From the NCBI GenBank assembly GCA_030390025.1, contig CM059432.1, positions 23,810,001 to 23,874,000 on the forward strand: a stretch of DNA of 64,000 nt, read 5' to 3'. The first letter of the stretch is position 1, and the number at the start of each line of letters is the position of its first letter. Shown here in pieces: positions 25,051-37,717 of this stretch. The notes under the pieces are model-generated. The model was given only the letters and a program-made list of their open reading frames with translations, was not told the DNA's origin and searched no databases. The position numbers were made by a program, and so were the translations under genes. This DNA comes from Squalus acanthias (lineage: Eukaryota).

Positions 25051-27148
25051 CTAACCACGGGTTTGACAGCGGCACATCCAACAAGGAGGTGGGACCTAAG
25101 CTGAATCATGTGTTAGACACTCGCGTTTCAGAGTTTGGAAGCTCACCAGTTGGAGTGAAAGGGTACCAGCAAACGCAAGATGGCGGTTTAACTTCTGAGG
25201 CCTTGAAGATGCTTGCGACAAGGACATCTGGAACACAGATACTGAATGAAACTGTTTCCTTGGAAACGATGTACAACTCTGTAGATTTGGCTGCTTTTGT
25301 CAGCCAAGAATATGATGAATTTAGTGAGACCGAAATCAAAAGCATTCAGAGCTCAGACGTAGAAAAGTTTGTTGGACAGTGTCAAGGGGAACTCGCTACA
25401 ATCTATGAAAATCATACTGAATCGCTCAGATTAAATGAAAAGTCATCAAGTTCTGAGCAGCAAGAAACTGCCCCTGAATCTAATGATGCAGCATTAGTCA
25501 AGCAAATTAGGTCAACATCAGGCTTGATGTATATTGAGGTGAAACCCAGCAACAATGATCCTTATCGTGGTGAGACCGTGTTAGTAGTTTGCCCCCCAAA
25601 TATAACAGATACAAATGAGTCATCTGTATCTAATGACTGTGAAATTAGTGAGAAAGAGGAATTCAGTGAACTGGGTTTGGACTTGTCACATCCTGTAGTT
25701 AACTCTGAACATATGGACAGTGAGACTGTCGAGCAGGAATCCATAAGAAGAAGAATTGAGTGTGCTGACTATCCCATTATATCTGGGGCAATGAAGCGAT
25801 CTCTTTCAATAATATCTGATTCTGGAATAGAGAGTGAACCCAGTTCAGTGGCATGGTCAGAGATGCGTAAACCTCTGGATTTATCTAGTGACCGGGACCT
25901 TGTGCAGCAGATAGTTAGAGCGCAAGCAATCCATAGGAACTCACTGGAGGGTGGTCAGACTGAAAGTGGCACCAGTCTGCCAAGTGGAATTCAGGCTTCT
26001 TTGACATCAATCAGTTCATTGCCTTTCGAAGATGAAGAAGAGGTGGAACTCAGCAAATTGACCAAATCTGTCTCGGCCCCGCAGATCAGTAGCTCAGATC
26101 AGACGGGCGAAACTGCTGACTCTTTATCGCAGGATCAGACTGTTGATAAAGAGCAATGGGTTAGTGGGCACCCCTCAGAAAAGGCAGAGGGAGGCAAACA
26201 TGAAACGCATTCAGTTCAAAGAGAGGGCAGTAATGTTTTTGATTCCCCAACAGGTAAAGAGATCCTGCAAGGGAGTATAGAAGATTCAATGCTGGACGGT
26301 GGCAGCACAACAGGGGCTGCTGAAAAGACCACTATTGCGGCAATAGTCAAACATCTGTGGTTTTCCTCTGAAGTGAGTGGCGATAGCCACCATCATACAA
26401 ATGCATTTGACGCTGATAGCCTTAAGGATTCAACAGATCACATTTTTAAAGAGCTTGTGTGTAAGAAGGTGGATTTTAATGAGTTAATAGATACAGATAT
26501 TAATACTTCTGACCCTGACAGTCACACAGAGGAGATTAAATCTTTACTACTTCCCCTTTCTGATGAGCTTCAAAATGACCAACATGGTTCATTTGGTGAC
26601 AAGGTGTCAAATGCCGAATATGTGCCGAACAGCAGTGATGAGACACCAGTGTGTAAAGTGACTGCACAACCTGACCTGACAACAGAAACTTTGGAGCCCG
26701 CCACAGCTACTTACAGTGATGTCATTTTGACCGACAGAATGTCTCAGGAAGAAGTCCCCTGCCTACACGAAGGAAAACTAGAAACTGGAATTAAAATGGA
26801 CCAGCATTATGATAGTTGTACCCAATCACAAGATGAGCTTGGGGGTGAAAAGCTGCCAGTTGGTAGCAACAATGGTGAACTCCAACCTCTGGTTGATGGT
26901 GGAAATTCTTCTGGAACTGGTGGCTCAGGCATGGTATTTGAGAAAAGGAACATGGTTGAGGTGGTGAATCTTTCTGTATCATGCACAGCTACATGTCTGC
27001 CGTTTTCTTCCATGCTCAGGGATTCTCCAGTTGCCTTTCCTTCAAAGCAGGTGGCGTCTCCCATCACCAGACAACCCATGGGCTCCTTTGGAGTTGTCTC
27101 AGCTAATTCACAGGGCACTGATGCAGAAACCAACGAGAGAATGGTGAG
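25051..27148 (+). CDS. FAM135B: FAM135B large central exon (acidic, Ser-rich, probably disordered region)
   Basis: Acceptor ttttcccttcacag at 25050 and donor AG|gtaaag at 27149. Open frame of 2098 bp. Contains IISDSGIESEPSSVAWSE, HRNSLEGG.TES.TSLPSGIQASLTSISSLPFE and VEVVNLSVSCTATCLPFSS, which I recall as FAM135B rather than FAM135A. Confidence 0.93.
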
Positions 27149-27219
27149 GTAAAGTGGCAACCAGTTACTGATTCAAATGCTTTTTAGTCTGTGCCTCACC
27201 CCGTGGCTTAGTGGGTAAG

Positions 27220-27725
27220 CAAATGTGAGAAGTCGCACAACACCAGGTTATAGTCCAACAGCTTTATTTGAAATCACAAGCTTTCGGAGCGCTGCTCCTT
27301 CGTCAGGTGAAGTGAAGAGATGCATATAGGCACAGCATATATAGTCAGAGAACACTGCCAGATGATTACAGTTAATCTTTCTAACTGCCCTTTATCACAC
27401 CTCGGCATGGTGTCCAAACAGGTCAGTCAGGAAAACATTACATCAAAGACAATGAGGTGGGGTCACAAGGGGTCAAATGACGCAGATGCTGGGGTCTGTA
27501 TGGAAAACAAAAAAACTTTTTTTGCTGGAAATTACAGCAGGTCCGGCCGCATCTGTGTAGAGAGAACAAGCCAACGACAACTCGAGTCTGGATGACTCTA
27601 CGTCAGGTGGGGTTACATGTAGCGTGACATGAACCCAAGATTTCAAATAAAGCTGTTGGACTATAACCTGGTGTTGTGCGACTTCTCACATTTGTCCACC
27701 CCAGTCCAACACCGGCATCTCCACA
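27220..27725. mobile_element. Penelope-like element remnant with inverted terminal segments
   Basis: 12-bp TSD TTAGTGGGTAAG (27208-27219 and 27726-27737). 27220-27273 is the inverted repeat of about 27641-27694. Contains a hammerhead motif. Confidence 0.72.
27274..27310 (-). ncRNA. Minimal type I hammerhead ribozyme motif (PLE-associated)
   Basis: Minus strand reads UCAC-CUGACGA-a-GGAGC-agc-GCUCC-GAAA-GC-UU-GUGA: intact core boxes, stem I UCAC/GUGA, 5-bp stem II, and the palindrome AAGCUU in place of stem III. Confidence 0.7.
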
Positions 27726-28023
27726 TTAGTGGGTAAGGGCATGGTACTGAGAGATTCAGGGCAGGGCAGACTTAGGTTCAGTGTTGGAACTGGTTAGCCT
27801 ATCTCAACTGGGGCATCAGTATGGCAGCCACAACTGGCTGAAATACCACCACTATATAAGGAACAGATAAAAAAAAATTGTCTGGATTCTGAATGTCCCT
27901 GCATCAATCGGAACAGGTTTAAGCCTTGCCACACATGGCAAATTAACTAGCCAGCAATCACTATCACACACATCAGACAGATTTATTATGACTCTGAGAA
28001 AAAAAAGTTTCAGCAACTATATT

Positions 28024-28340
28024 GGCCCGGAATTTGCGGTCCTGATGACAGCGAACTGGCAGCGTTCATTTCGCCTTTGAAACTGACCGCAACTTCAGGA
28101 TTTAGTGCACACGCATCCTAACGCGGAAATCCTGAAGTGGCGGTCTGTCATTCACTGCTCCTCCACAGGCTGCGCTGTGCCCATCGCCCCCCGCCCAGAG
28201 CCGGCAATCAGTGTAATCTGTCAAATCATAGAAACTGACACAAATTTTGGCTCTTCCGCGGTAATACCACTGATAAATACCCCTTTAAAAGTTAGACCCT
28301 TTTGGATTAGGTGTAACTGGGGTTTTAACAGTTCTCGCCA
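28024..28340. mobile_element. Partial MITE, inverted relative to the end of 38609-39345
   Basis: ggcccggaatttgcggtcctgatgacagcgaactggcagcgttc is the reverse complement of about 39305-39345. Confidence 0.7.
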
Positions 28341-29319
28341 CACAGTTCGCAAGTGGCGAATACCTTTGCTTCGCCGCTGACCACATATTACGGGCTCATG
28401 TCTGCTTGTAGCAATCCCATCCCTCATAGCGAGAACAGAGTCCAGCACTTCCCAGAACACAGCAACAATATTCTGCATTTAGCAGTTTGCCACAGCAACT
28501 TCTTCCTTTCATTGGAGTGTAGTACATAGAGTGGGAGATAAAATAATACACAGAGCTGCAGGCAAAGTACCTTTGCCCAGCTGCACCACTTCAAATGAAA
28601 GTGAGGACATAAATAGCAACATTTGGCCTATATACCTGAAAGCAATTATGTTGTTTAATGTCTTGTCTAGAATTGCTTCTGCAATCTAATTTGAGTTATT
28701 CCCAAAACGATTCTTTAGACATGCCACTTAGTTTGTCACAAAAACATTGACAATTGTTTTAAATTGTGTTTTGAATAATCCAGATTCACTTGTCATCCAG
28801 CATATATGTGCAGCCAGAGATGCTCACATCCAAGTTAGGATCCCAAAGTACTAAAACATATTGCCTGAACAATTCATATCTCTCCTAATTTCACCTTTAC
28901 GGTTTTTGTTGCTTAAAAATAAATTTTACACTGACATGTAGCAGCTTGTTCACTCAGGATGATCCTGATGGGTATCTTCTTTCATTATTTTAAACTTCAC
29001 AATATTTCCATGTGCATCAAGGCATGGTATTTTTGTATTGGGGAATGCAACACGTTTCCACTTTTCACTATCTTTAGTCAGCATCAAGTAGTCCCCACGT
29101 TAGGAAGAGCACTACAATCTAGATGTTAAGACTCTGATCAGTCGAATTCCACAAGTGACGTTTCCATGGTTCGAACAGTACACGGACCAAGGAAGGCTTG
29201 TTGCACGATGACCTTCGAAATAACCTGCTTTTGTTTACATTAGCTTTCTGTTATAAATAACTGGAGCTCATCTTTTCTCAATTTCATTTTGCAATTACAT
29301 TACGTTTATTTCTGGGAAT

Positions 29320-29500
29320 CTTTCGGATGAGACGTTAAACCGAGAGACGTCTGCTCTCTCAGGTGGACGTAAAAGATCCCGCGGCACTATTTCGAAGAAC
29401 AGCAGGGGAGTTATCCCCGGTGTCCTGGCCAATACTTATCCCTCAATCAACATCAATAAAAACAAATTATCTGGTCATTATCACATTTGCTGTTTGTGGG
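29320..29500 (+). mobile_element. Deu-SINE core fragment
   Basis: ctttcggatgagacgttaaaccgag...ggtgtcctggccaata matches 48655-48820. Confidence 0.75.
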
Positions 29501-32346
29501 ATAAGGGGGAACCAGTGTAGAGAAGGGGGAACCAGTTGATGTGGTGTATTTGGATTTTCAGAAGGCAATCGATAAGATGCCACACAAGAGGTTATTAAAC
29601 AAAATTAGGGCTCATGCGATTGGGGGTAATATACTAGCATGGATTGAGGATTGATTTTTTTTAATTCATTCATAGGATGTGGGTGTCGCTGGCAAGGCCA
29701 GCATTTATTGCCCATCCCCGGTTGCCCTTGAGAAGGTGGTGGTGAGCCGCCTTCTTGAACCGCTGCAGTCCATGTGGTGAAGGTACTCCCACAGTGCTGT
29801 TAGGGAGGGAGTTCCAAGATTTTGACCCAGCGATGATGAAGGAACGGCGATATACTTCCAAGTCAGGATGGTGTGTGACTTGGAGGGGAACTTGGAGATG
29901 GTAGTGTTCCCATGCGCCTGCTGCCCTTGTCCTTCTAGGTGGTAGAGGTCGCGGGTTTGGGAGGTGCTGCCGAAGAAGCCTTGGCGAGTTGCTGCAGTGC
30001 ATCTTGTAGATGGTACACACTGCAGTCACGGTACGCCGGTGGTGGAGGGAGTGAATGTTTAAGGTGTTGGATGTGGTGCCAATCAAGCAGGCTGATTTGT
30101 CTTGGATGGTGTCGAACTTCTTAAGTGTTGTTGGAGCTGCACTCATCCAGGCAAGTGGAGAGTATTCCATCACACTCCTGACTTGTGCTTTGTAGATGGT
30201 GGAAAGGCATTGGGGAGTCAGGAGGAAGACACTGCTGCAGAATACCCAGCCTCTGACCTGCTCTTGTTGCCACAGTATTTATGTGGCTGGTCCAGTTAAG
30301 TTTCTGGTCAATGGTGACCCCCAGGATATTGACGGTGGGGGATTCGGCGATGGTAATGCCGTTGAATGTCAAAGGGCGGTGGTTAGACTTTCGCTTGTTG
30401 GAGATAGTCATTACAATTGACTTCAGTTTTATTAGGGATCCTTGATGCCACACTCGGTCAAATGCTGCTTTAATGTCAAAGGCAGTCATTCTCACCTCAC
30501 CTCTGGAATTCAGCTCTTTTGTCCATGTTTGGACCAAGGCTGTAATTAGGTCTGGAACTGAGTGGTCCTGGCGGAACCCAAACTGGGCATCAGTGAGCAG
30601 GTTATTGGTGAGTAAGTGCTGCTTGATAGCACTGTTGACGACACCTTCCATCACTTTGCTGATGATTGAGAGTAGACTGATGGGGCGGTAATTGGCTGGA
30701 TTGGATTTGTCCTGCTTTTTGTGGACAGGATATACCTGGGCAGTTTTCACATTGTCGGATAGATGCTAGTGTTATAGCTGTACTGGAACAGCTTGGCTAG
30801 AGGCGCAGCTAGTTCTGGAGCACAAGTCTTCAGCACGACAGCCGGGATGGGGATATTCATGGAGCCTCCTCCTCCCTTTAGTTGTTTAATGGTCCACCAC
30901 CATTCACGACTGGATGTGACAGGACTGCAGAGCTTTGATCTGATCCCTTGATTGTGGGATCGCTTAGCTCTGTCTATAGCATGCTGCTTCCGCTTTTTAG
31001 TATGCATGTCGTCCTGTGTTGAATCTTCCCCAGGTTGGCACCGCATTTTTAGGTACACCTGGTGCTGCTCCTGGCATGCTCTTCTGCACTCCTTATTGAA
31101 CCAGAGTTGGTCCCCTGGCTTGATGTAATGGTAGAGTGAGGGATATGCCGGGCCATGAGGTTACAGATTGTGGTGGAGTACAATTCTGCTGCTGCTGATG
31201 GCCCACACGCCTCATGGATGCCCAGTTTTGAGCTGTTAGATCTGTTCTGAATCTATCCCATTTAGCACGGTGGTAGTGCCACACAACACGACGGAGGGTG
31301 TCCTCAGTGTGAAGACGGGACTTTGTCTCCACAATGACTGTACGGTGGTCACTGCTACCAATCTTGTCATGGACAGATGCATCTGTTGGTGAGGACGAGG
31401 TCAAATAGGTTTTTCCCTCGTGTTGGTTCTCTCACCACCTGTCGCAGGCCCAGACTGGCAGCTATGCCTTACAGGACACGGCCAGCTCGGTCAGTAGTGG
31501 TGTTACCGAGCCACTCTTGGTGATGGACATTGAAGTCCTCCACCCAGAATACATTCTGTGCCCTTGCTACTCTCAGTGCTTCTTCCAAATGATGTTCAAC
31601 ATGGAGGAGTACTGATTCATCAGCTGAGGGAGGGTGGTAGGTGGTACTCAGCAGGAGGTTTTCTTGCCCATGCTTGACCTGAAGCCATGAGACTTCATGG
31701 GGTCCGGAGTCATAATGTTGAGGACTCCCAGAGCTAGTCCTTTCAACTGTATACCACTGTGCCTCCACCCCTGGTGCGTCTGTCCTGCTGGTGGGACAGG
31801 ACATACCCAGGGATGGTGATGGATGAGTTTGGGACATTGGGCTGTCCAACGGACAGAAAACAGAGAGTAGGAATAAACGGGTCATTTTCAGGTTGGCAGG
31901 CTGTAACTAGTGGATTACTACAAGGATCAGTGCTGGGGTCTCAGCTATTCACAATATATATCAATGATTTGGATAATGGGACCAAATGTAATATATCTAA
32001 GTTTGCTGATGATACAAAGCTAGGTGGGAATGTAAGTTGTGAGGAAGAGGCAAAGAGTCTTTAAGGGGATATAGACAAGCTAAGTGAGTGGGCAAGAACA
32101 TGGCAAATGGAATATAACGTGGAGAAATGTGAAGTTATCCACTTTGGAAGGAAAAATAGAAAAGCAGAGTATTTTTTAAAAGGTGAGAGATTGGGAAATG
32201 TTGGTGTTCAGAGGGGCCTGGGCGTCCTTGTATATGAATCACTGAAAGTTTACATGCAGGTACAGCAAGCAATTAGGAAAGCAAATGGTATGTTGACCTT
32301 TATTACAAGAGGGTTTGAGTATAAGAGTAAAGACGTCTTACTGCAA
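29500..32346 (+). mobile_element. CR1 RT fragment in two pieces (29500-29653 and 31845-32346) split by a younger LINE
   Basis: VDVVYLDFQK...AWIEDW resumes as TDRKQRVGING...FADD after the insert. Confidence 0.8.
29654..31840 (-). mobile_element. APE-RT non-LTR retrotransposon (second LINE family, CR1/L2 group), internally deleted
   Basis: Endonuclease-like motifs (DFNVHH.EW, GSSDH), RT N-terminal NYRPISLLS, QFGFR and DIKAAFDRVWH, and an A-rich tail. Same family as 39345-40825. Confidence 0.85.
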
Positions 32347-32386
32347 TTACATACCCTTCTTCAAAAACATGAACACCCGAAACATT

Positions 32387-33148
32387 GGGCCAGAAATTCG
32401 GTTCTCCGGCTTCCCGCGGGTGCAAGGATCGCGCGCGTACTTACCTACCGTGCCTGCCGTTGTGCTTCGGGCCCGCGTGGACTTCGGCTCCTGGGCCTCC
32501 TGCAGCTGCCGGCGCGCAGTGCTTGCTTATCTCAGGGGCGCAGTTAGTTCGAAGCATCCCCTGGGATCACGTGGGCCATGGAGAGCCAATCGGAGCAGGG
32601 AATCTCCATTCATAGATTTTGACAGGAAGACCTGTCAAATCTATGAATAGAGATCGGCCCCCAAAACCTCACTAAAACTTCAAATACATTTTTAAAAATC
32701 ACATTTTTAAAATAACTTTAAATTACATAAATTAACTACTATAAACAAAAATTTAATTTTTGAAAAAATTAATTACACTTTTTAACGGTGCTAAAAATAA
32801 ACTTACCTTTCTTTAAAGTATGTAAAAAAGATAAACCTGTTGAAAAAATGTTTAAATTGTATTTAATTCACCACTTACCTTGTTAAAAGCAGGCCTTGCG
32901 CCTCCTTTTTTCCTGCGCAGCTTCTCCGTACTTACCCTCACGGAGAAACCTGAAAAAACCCCCGAAGTTCGCTGCATGCGCGCTGCCTCTCCGGCGCACG
33001 CGGTTGACCCTGGAACCCCTTCTTTCACAAGACCGGAAGTTCCGGTTTCCCGTGCATGCGCAGTGCATGCGCGAAACCGGCACTTCCGGTGGCCCTACGG
33101 GTGAGTACACAGTGCGTACTCACCCGTGGAGACCCGAATTTCTGCCCC
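32387..33148. mobile_element. Harbinger-type MITE with GC-rich arms and an AT-rich core
   Basis: TIR GGGCCAGAAATTCGGTTCTCC / GGAGACCCGAATTTCTGCCCC with TSD ATT on both sides. Confidence 0.82.
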
Positions 33149-33204
33149 ATTAAGTTGACTATTATCTATAGATGCTGTCTGACCTGCTGAGTGCTTCCCG
33201 CATT

Positions 33205-33528
33205 CTTTCGGATGAAACGTTGAACCGAGGCCCCGTCTGCCCCCTCAGGTGGACATAAAAGATTCCACGGCATGATTTTCGAAGAAGAACAGGGGATTTC
33301 TCCCCGGTGTCCTGGCCAATACATATCCCTCAGCCAGCATTACTAAACAGATTATCCGGTCATTATCACATTGCTGTTTGTGAGATCTTGCTACCTGCAA
33401 ATTGGCTGTCGCGTCTTATGCGTTACAACAGTGGCTGCACTTCAAAAGTACTTCACTGGCTGTAAAGCGCTTTGGAATGTCCTGAGGTTGTGAAAAGCGC
33501 TATATAAATGCAAGTGCTTTCTTCTTTA
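33205..33528 (+). mobile_element. Deu-SINE 3' part
   Basis: Matches 48655-48935, including the tail gcgctatataaatgcaag. Confidence 0.8.
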
Positions 33529-33874
33529 CCCCCTCCAAATAAGGCTGCTTGAAGCAAATATTGACACATTAGATCCATTAGAAATTAGCTATCTCCCTTC
33601 CCTAATATGGAGAGTTACTCTCAAAAACAATATCCCTGAAAGTGAAAGCACTTATATTATAAACCTTTAGTAATGTGTAAAAGATGTAAGAGCATTCACC
33701 CTGTTCAAATAGTGATTTTGGCAACTGGAGGTGTGAAAGTCAAGGACAGGGATATTGTACCAGCAATTAGGGATGGGCAGTGAATGTTGGTCTTGCCAGT
33801 GACGCCCTCATCCCATGAATGAATTAAAAAACCCTTCTCCGCATACTACGTATATACAGATCTCTACATTGTAA

Positions 33875-34060
<186 letters not shown>

Positions 34061-34457
34061 TAGTGACCGTGGAGTTAGCTTTTAGAATAATACCCTCCCC
34101 CACTCACCCAGAGAGAATTAATAGCAAGCTTTTCCTTGTTCTTGTATTGGGAACCTTATTTGTGATCACGATCTCTCTACTGCATGGATTGTGCCTGTAG
34201 ATTCTGAAGTTTTCTCTTTCTGAAAAGTAAACCAACACTGGTGGTTGGACGCTTCCATCAACCATAGACGTCAGTGGAAACGTTCCATTAAAAATAGTAT
34301 GGTATTGTGTAAAGTTTGGAACTGAGATGGTGAACCTGAATGGTTCTTGAATTTTGTACATTCCTTTGAAGTACCCTGAAACTGTAGCTGAGATTGGCAA
34401 ACTCAGCACTGAGTTAAATGTAGCACCTTCCTGGTCTATATGATGTAGCAACACACT

Positions 34458-35879
34458 GACGGGGAAATTCGGCCTGTTTGCGCCAGCCGTTAAAGCCAGT
34501 TTGGAAGAAAAAAGTCGGACTCCGGTTCCAATGAATGAAACCCCTGATCCCCGTTGCTCACCACTTCCCTACCTTACCATCCCTCTAGCATGGAACATCA
34601 CAGCGTCCCCCTGGGTACAAAGCTGAAATGAGAGACACCACGAAACAAACAGTCCAAACATAATTTATAAATTCATCAATTCCAATTCAACACAACAGCG
34701 TCAACTAATCACCCTTGTGCATTCCCTGAGTGTCTGTCTTTCTTGTTTCTTTTCCTACTCTAGTGCTCCTACGCAGTGCTACTCCAGTGGCTGCAGCATG
34801 GCTGGTGGAAGGCTGCTGACCTTCAGTGGGGGACACTGCAGATGGCCTTGCAGGACGACCTTGAGGAGCTGGTGGCTGGGAGTGTGAAATCGAGTGACAT
34901 TATTTCTTTTTCTTCTTCACTCTCCTCTCCCCCTTCTTGGTCAGCCACTGGCCGGGCAGGCTGGATTTCTTGGGTGTCTGAAATGAGGAAGGCACAAGGG
35001 TAGGGTGGGAAAACAAGAGGTGCATGCTTACACCATGTGCACCTTGTAAATCAGAAGAGATTGTGGGATGAGGGGGAAGATGGATGTGAGAAGGAGAACA
35101 GAGTATGAGGATACCAGCATCTTGTATTTTTTCAGCTCCGCCGCTGGCCAAGGGCTAACCCATGCCCCTGCCAAGAATGGCCAGCACCGTCTGCTCCAAG
35201 GGGGTGAGGTGAAGCTAGGAAATATGAGGTGTACCTCGTGATTGGTAAAGATTGTTGGTAGGTGAGTGATGGGTGGGGTCGTGCATTGAGCAGTGAGTGA
35301 GGCTAGTGGTGCAGTTGGTAGGAGACGGCTTTTGAAGATGCATTCACTGACCTTGACCACTTGTCTGAGGTCATGAAATTTCTTTGGGCACTGGAGCCAG
35401 GTCCTGGGGGCGACACTGCTGGCAGTGACCACCTCGGCAATCTGGTTCCACATCCTTCTTTCTGGAGGGCCTCTGGGCCCCCTGTGGGTAGAGGACCTCT
35501 CTTCCAGTGTTGACCCCCTGTACAAAGCTCGAGTGCTGTGCCCGAGACCCTGGGCGCCCTTTCCCTGGCCTGTTGAGCCATTTGGGTTAGCACTGAAGCA
35601 CTTTTAACATGTTTCATTAGCAGAAGCAACTCACTTTTAAGAGGTACAGACTGCCTTTAAGAGGAGCAGGCTAGCTTCAAGTAAAGCTAGCTTCGCTCAA
35701 ACAATGTGATCTTAGGCCCCCTGCTGAGCAGTGCGTTCAGTGCTAGGCTGTGCGCTGCAATCATTATAATTAGCAGGCAGCACGAAGTTGACGTGCTGCC
35801 CGTGCTCTTTGAACAGGCGCGGACATATCTCGCATTGCGGTGCCCGCGCCCATTTTTTCGCATTATCCAATTTCTAGGC
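34458..35879. mobile_element. PIF/Harbinger deletion derivative with an intron-containing Myb/SANT remnant on the minus strand
   Basis: Degenerate TIRs gacggggaaattcgg / ccaatttctaggc, with ACT on both sides. MAQQARERAPR...MWNQIAEVV....PRTWLQCPKKFHDL peptide at about 35350-35581. Confidence 0.7.
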
Positions 35880-36859
35880 ACTTTGTGGTGCATTTATCCA
35901 TTGAAGGATTAGGAGAGCTTGCTTTTAAAAAAAAAAGTATTTATCTGGGTATTATGATGGCATGTTAGCGTAACAAGCTTAACATTTTTTGAAAGCCAGA
36001 GTTCCCTCTTTCCCTATTTGTCTTCTTTACTCATGAGAAAAGGCCACTCAACCCATAAAAGCCTGTTACTGGCACAGTCCATGCATGCCCACCTCAAATG
36101 TGGGTTTTCCCCTGCCCACCAGCACCAAGGTCTCTAATCTTTTTTCCTAACTCCAATGTGAATCAAACAGTTCTATTAATATCTCTTTAACTTTCAATCC
36201 CCTTTCTCGACAGGTTATTTTTAAAACTGTCACTTAAACCTTTTTCTGGTCGTTTGTGTCACATATCCTCTCTGCTGTGGGGGAGGAAGGAAACAATTCG
36301 ACTCATTTATAATCTCGGTCGAACCTTGTGAATTTTGGAAATGTGTCTTTGAGGTCTGAACCTGCTGTCCAAATTTAATCGCTTGCCTACCTCTAAACTT
36401 CCTTATATTAAGCCCAGACTGTACTTATTTTGCTGCCAAGAGAATGGGTTAAAATCTCCTAGGCCTCCGACAGTGCCATTTTAGCGGGTGCACAACCATG
36501 GCCCAGAGTGACCAACTGCCCAACTTCCCCTCTGCCCTTGGCTGCCTGACCTCTGGTTGGTGCTGCCGCACTGTGGCACAGTTGATGCCTTGAACTCACA
36601 GTGGAGCAAGTTGCGTGTGCCCTATTATTCAGTGGTGCAACAAGCTGGACCCTTGGTACACTGTGATCTTCTGACGCTCTTCCTGTTGCACCTTTCTTAG
36701 TGGAAATTGTGTTTTCTGAGACAAATGCTTAACCTTCCTTCTTCCCTCCCTGAAGTTGGTGGCTCATACTGTGGGTACAATTTCATCAATGCCAACAAAC
36801 CTCCAATGTCCCACTCAAGCGGCCAGTCATCAGACATGAGCCCAGACAGTGAATGCCAG

Positions 36860-37352
36860 TTAAAAATAAAAAACAGAAAATGCCGGAGATACTCAGCAGG
36901 TCAGGCAGCATCTGTGAAGAGAGAAACAGAGTTAACGGTTCAGGTCAATGATGACCTTTCGTCAGAACTGGAAAAAAGCAGGAAATGGAACAGATTTTTA
37001 AGCAAGTGTAGGGGCTGGGAAAGGGGGGAGGGGATGAAAGAACAAAAGGGAAGGTCTGTGATAAGATAGAAGGCGGAAGAGGTTAAGAGACATTAAGAGA
37101 TATTCAAGGCAAAAGGAGATGGTAATGGGACAAGTTAAGAAACAAAAGATGGCTCTAGATGAAGTGTAAATTGCGCTGGCAGAATGAAAGACAGCTGCCA
37201 TGTGGGAGAGAAGAAAAGACACAAACAAAAGGTGTGGATAAAAAATATATATAGGATAGGGGCTGAGGTTATGATCTGAAAATATTGAACTCTCCAGCAT
37301 TTTCTGTTTTTATTTCAGATTTCCAACATCTGCAGTATTTTCTTTTTGTATT
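36860..37352. mobile_element. Penelope-like remnant with inverted ends and a degenerate hammerhead
   Basis: aataaaaacagaaaatgccggag (about 36865) is inverted to ctccagcattttctgtttttatt (about 37292). CUGACGA..GAAC motif on the minus strand at 36931-36968. Confidence 0.6.
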
Positions 37353-37396
37353 AGTGAATGTCAGTTGTCCACTTTATCAATGTTAGGCACATGTAA

Positions 37397-37681
<285 letters not shown>

Positions 37682-37717
37682 TAAACTCTTTGTTCTTTGT
37701 TAATCATTAGATCTAAT

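Noticed and set aside
25051..27148. Assignment to the paralogue FAM135A
   Set aside because: The motifs in the large exon and flanking exons match my recollection of FAM135B. A reciprocal BLAST and synteny check would settle it.
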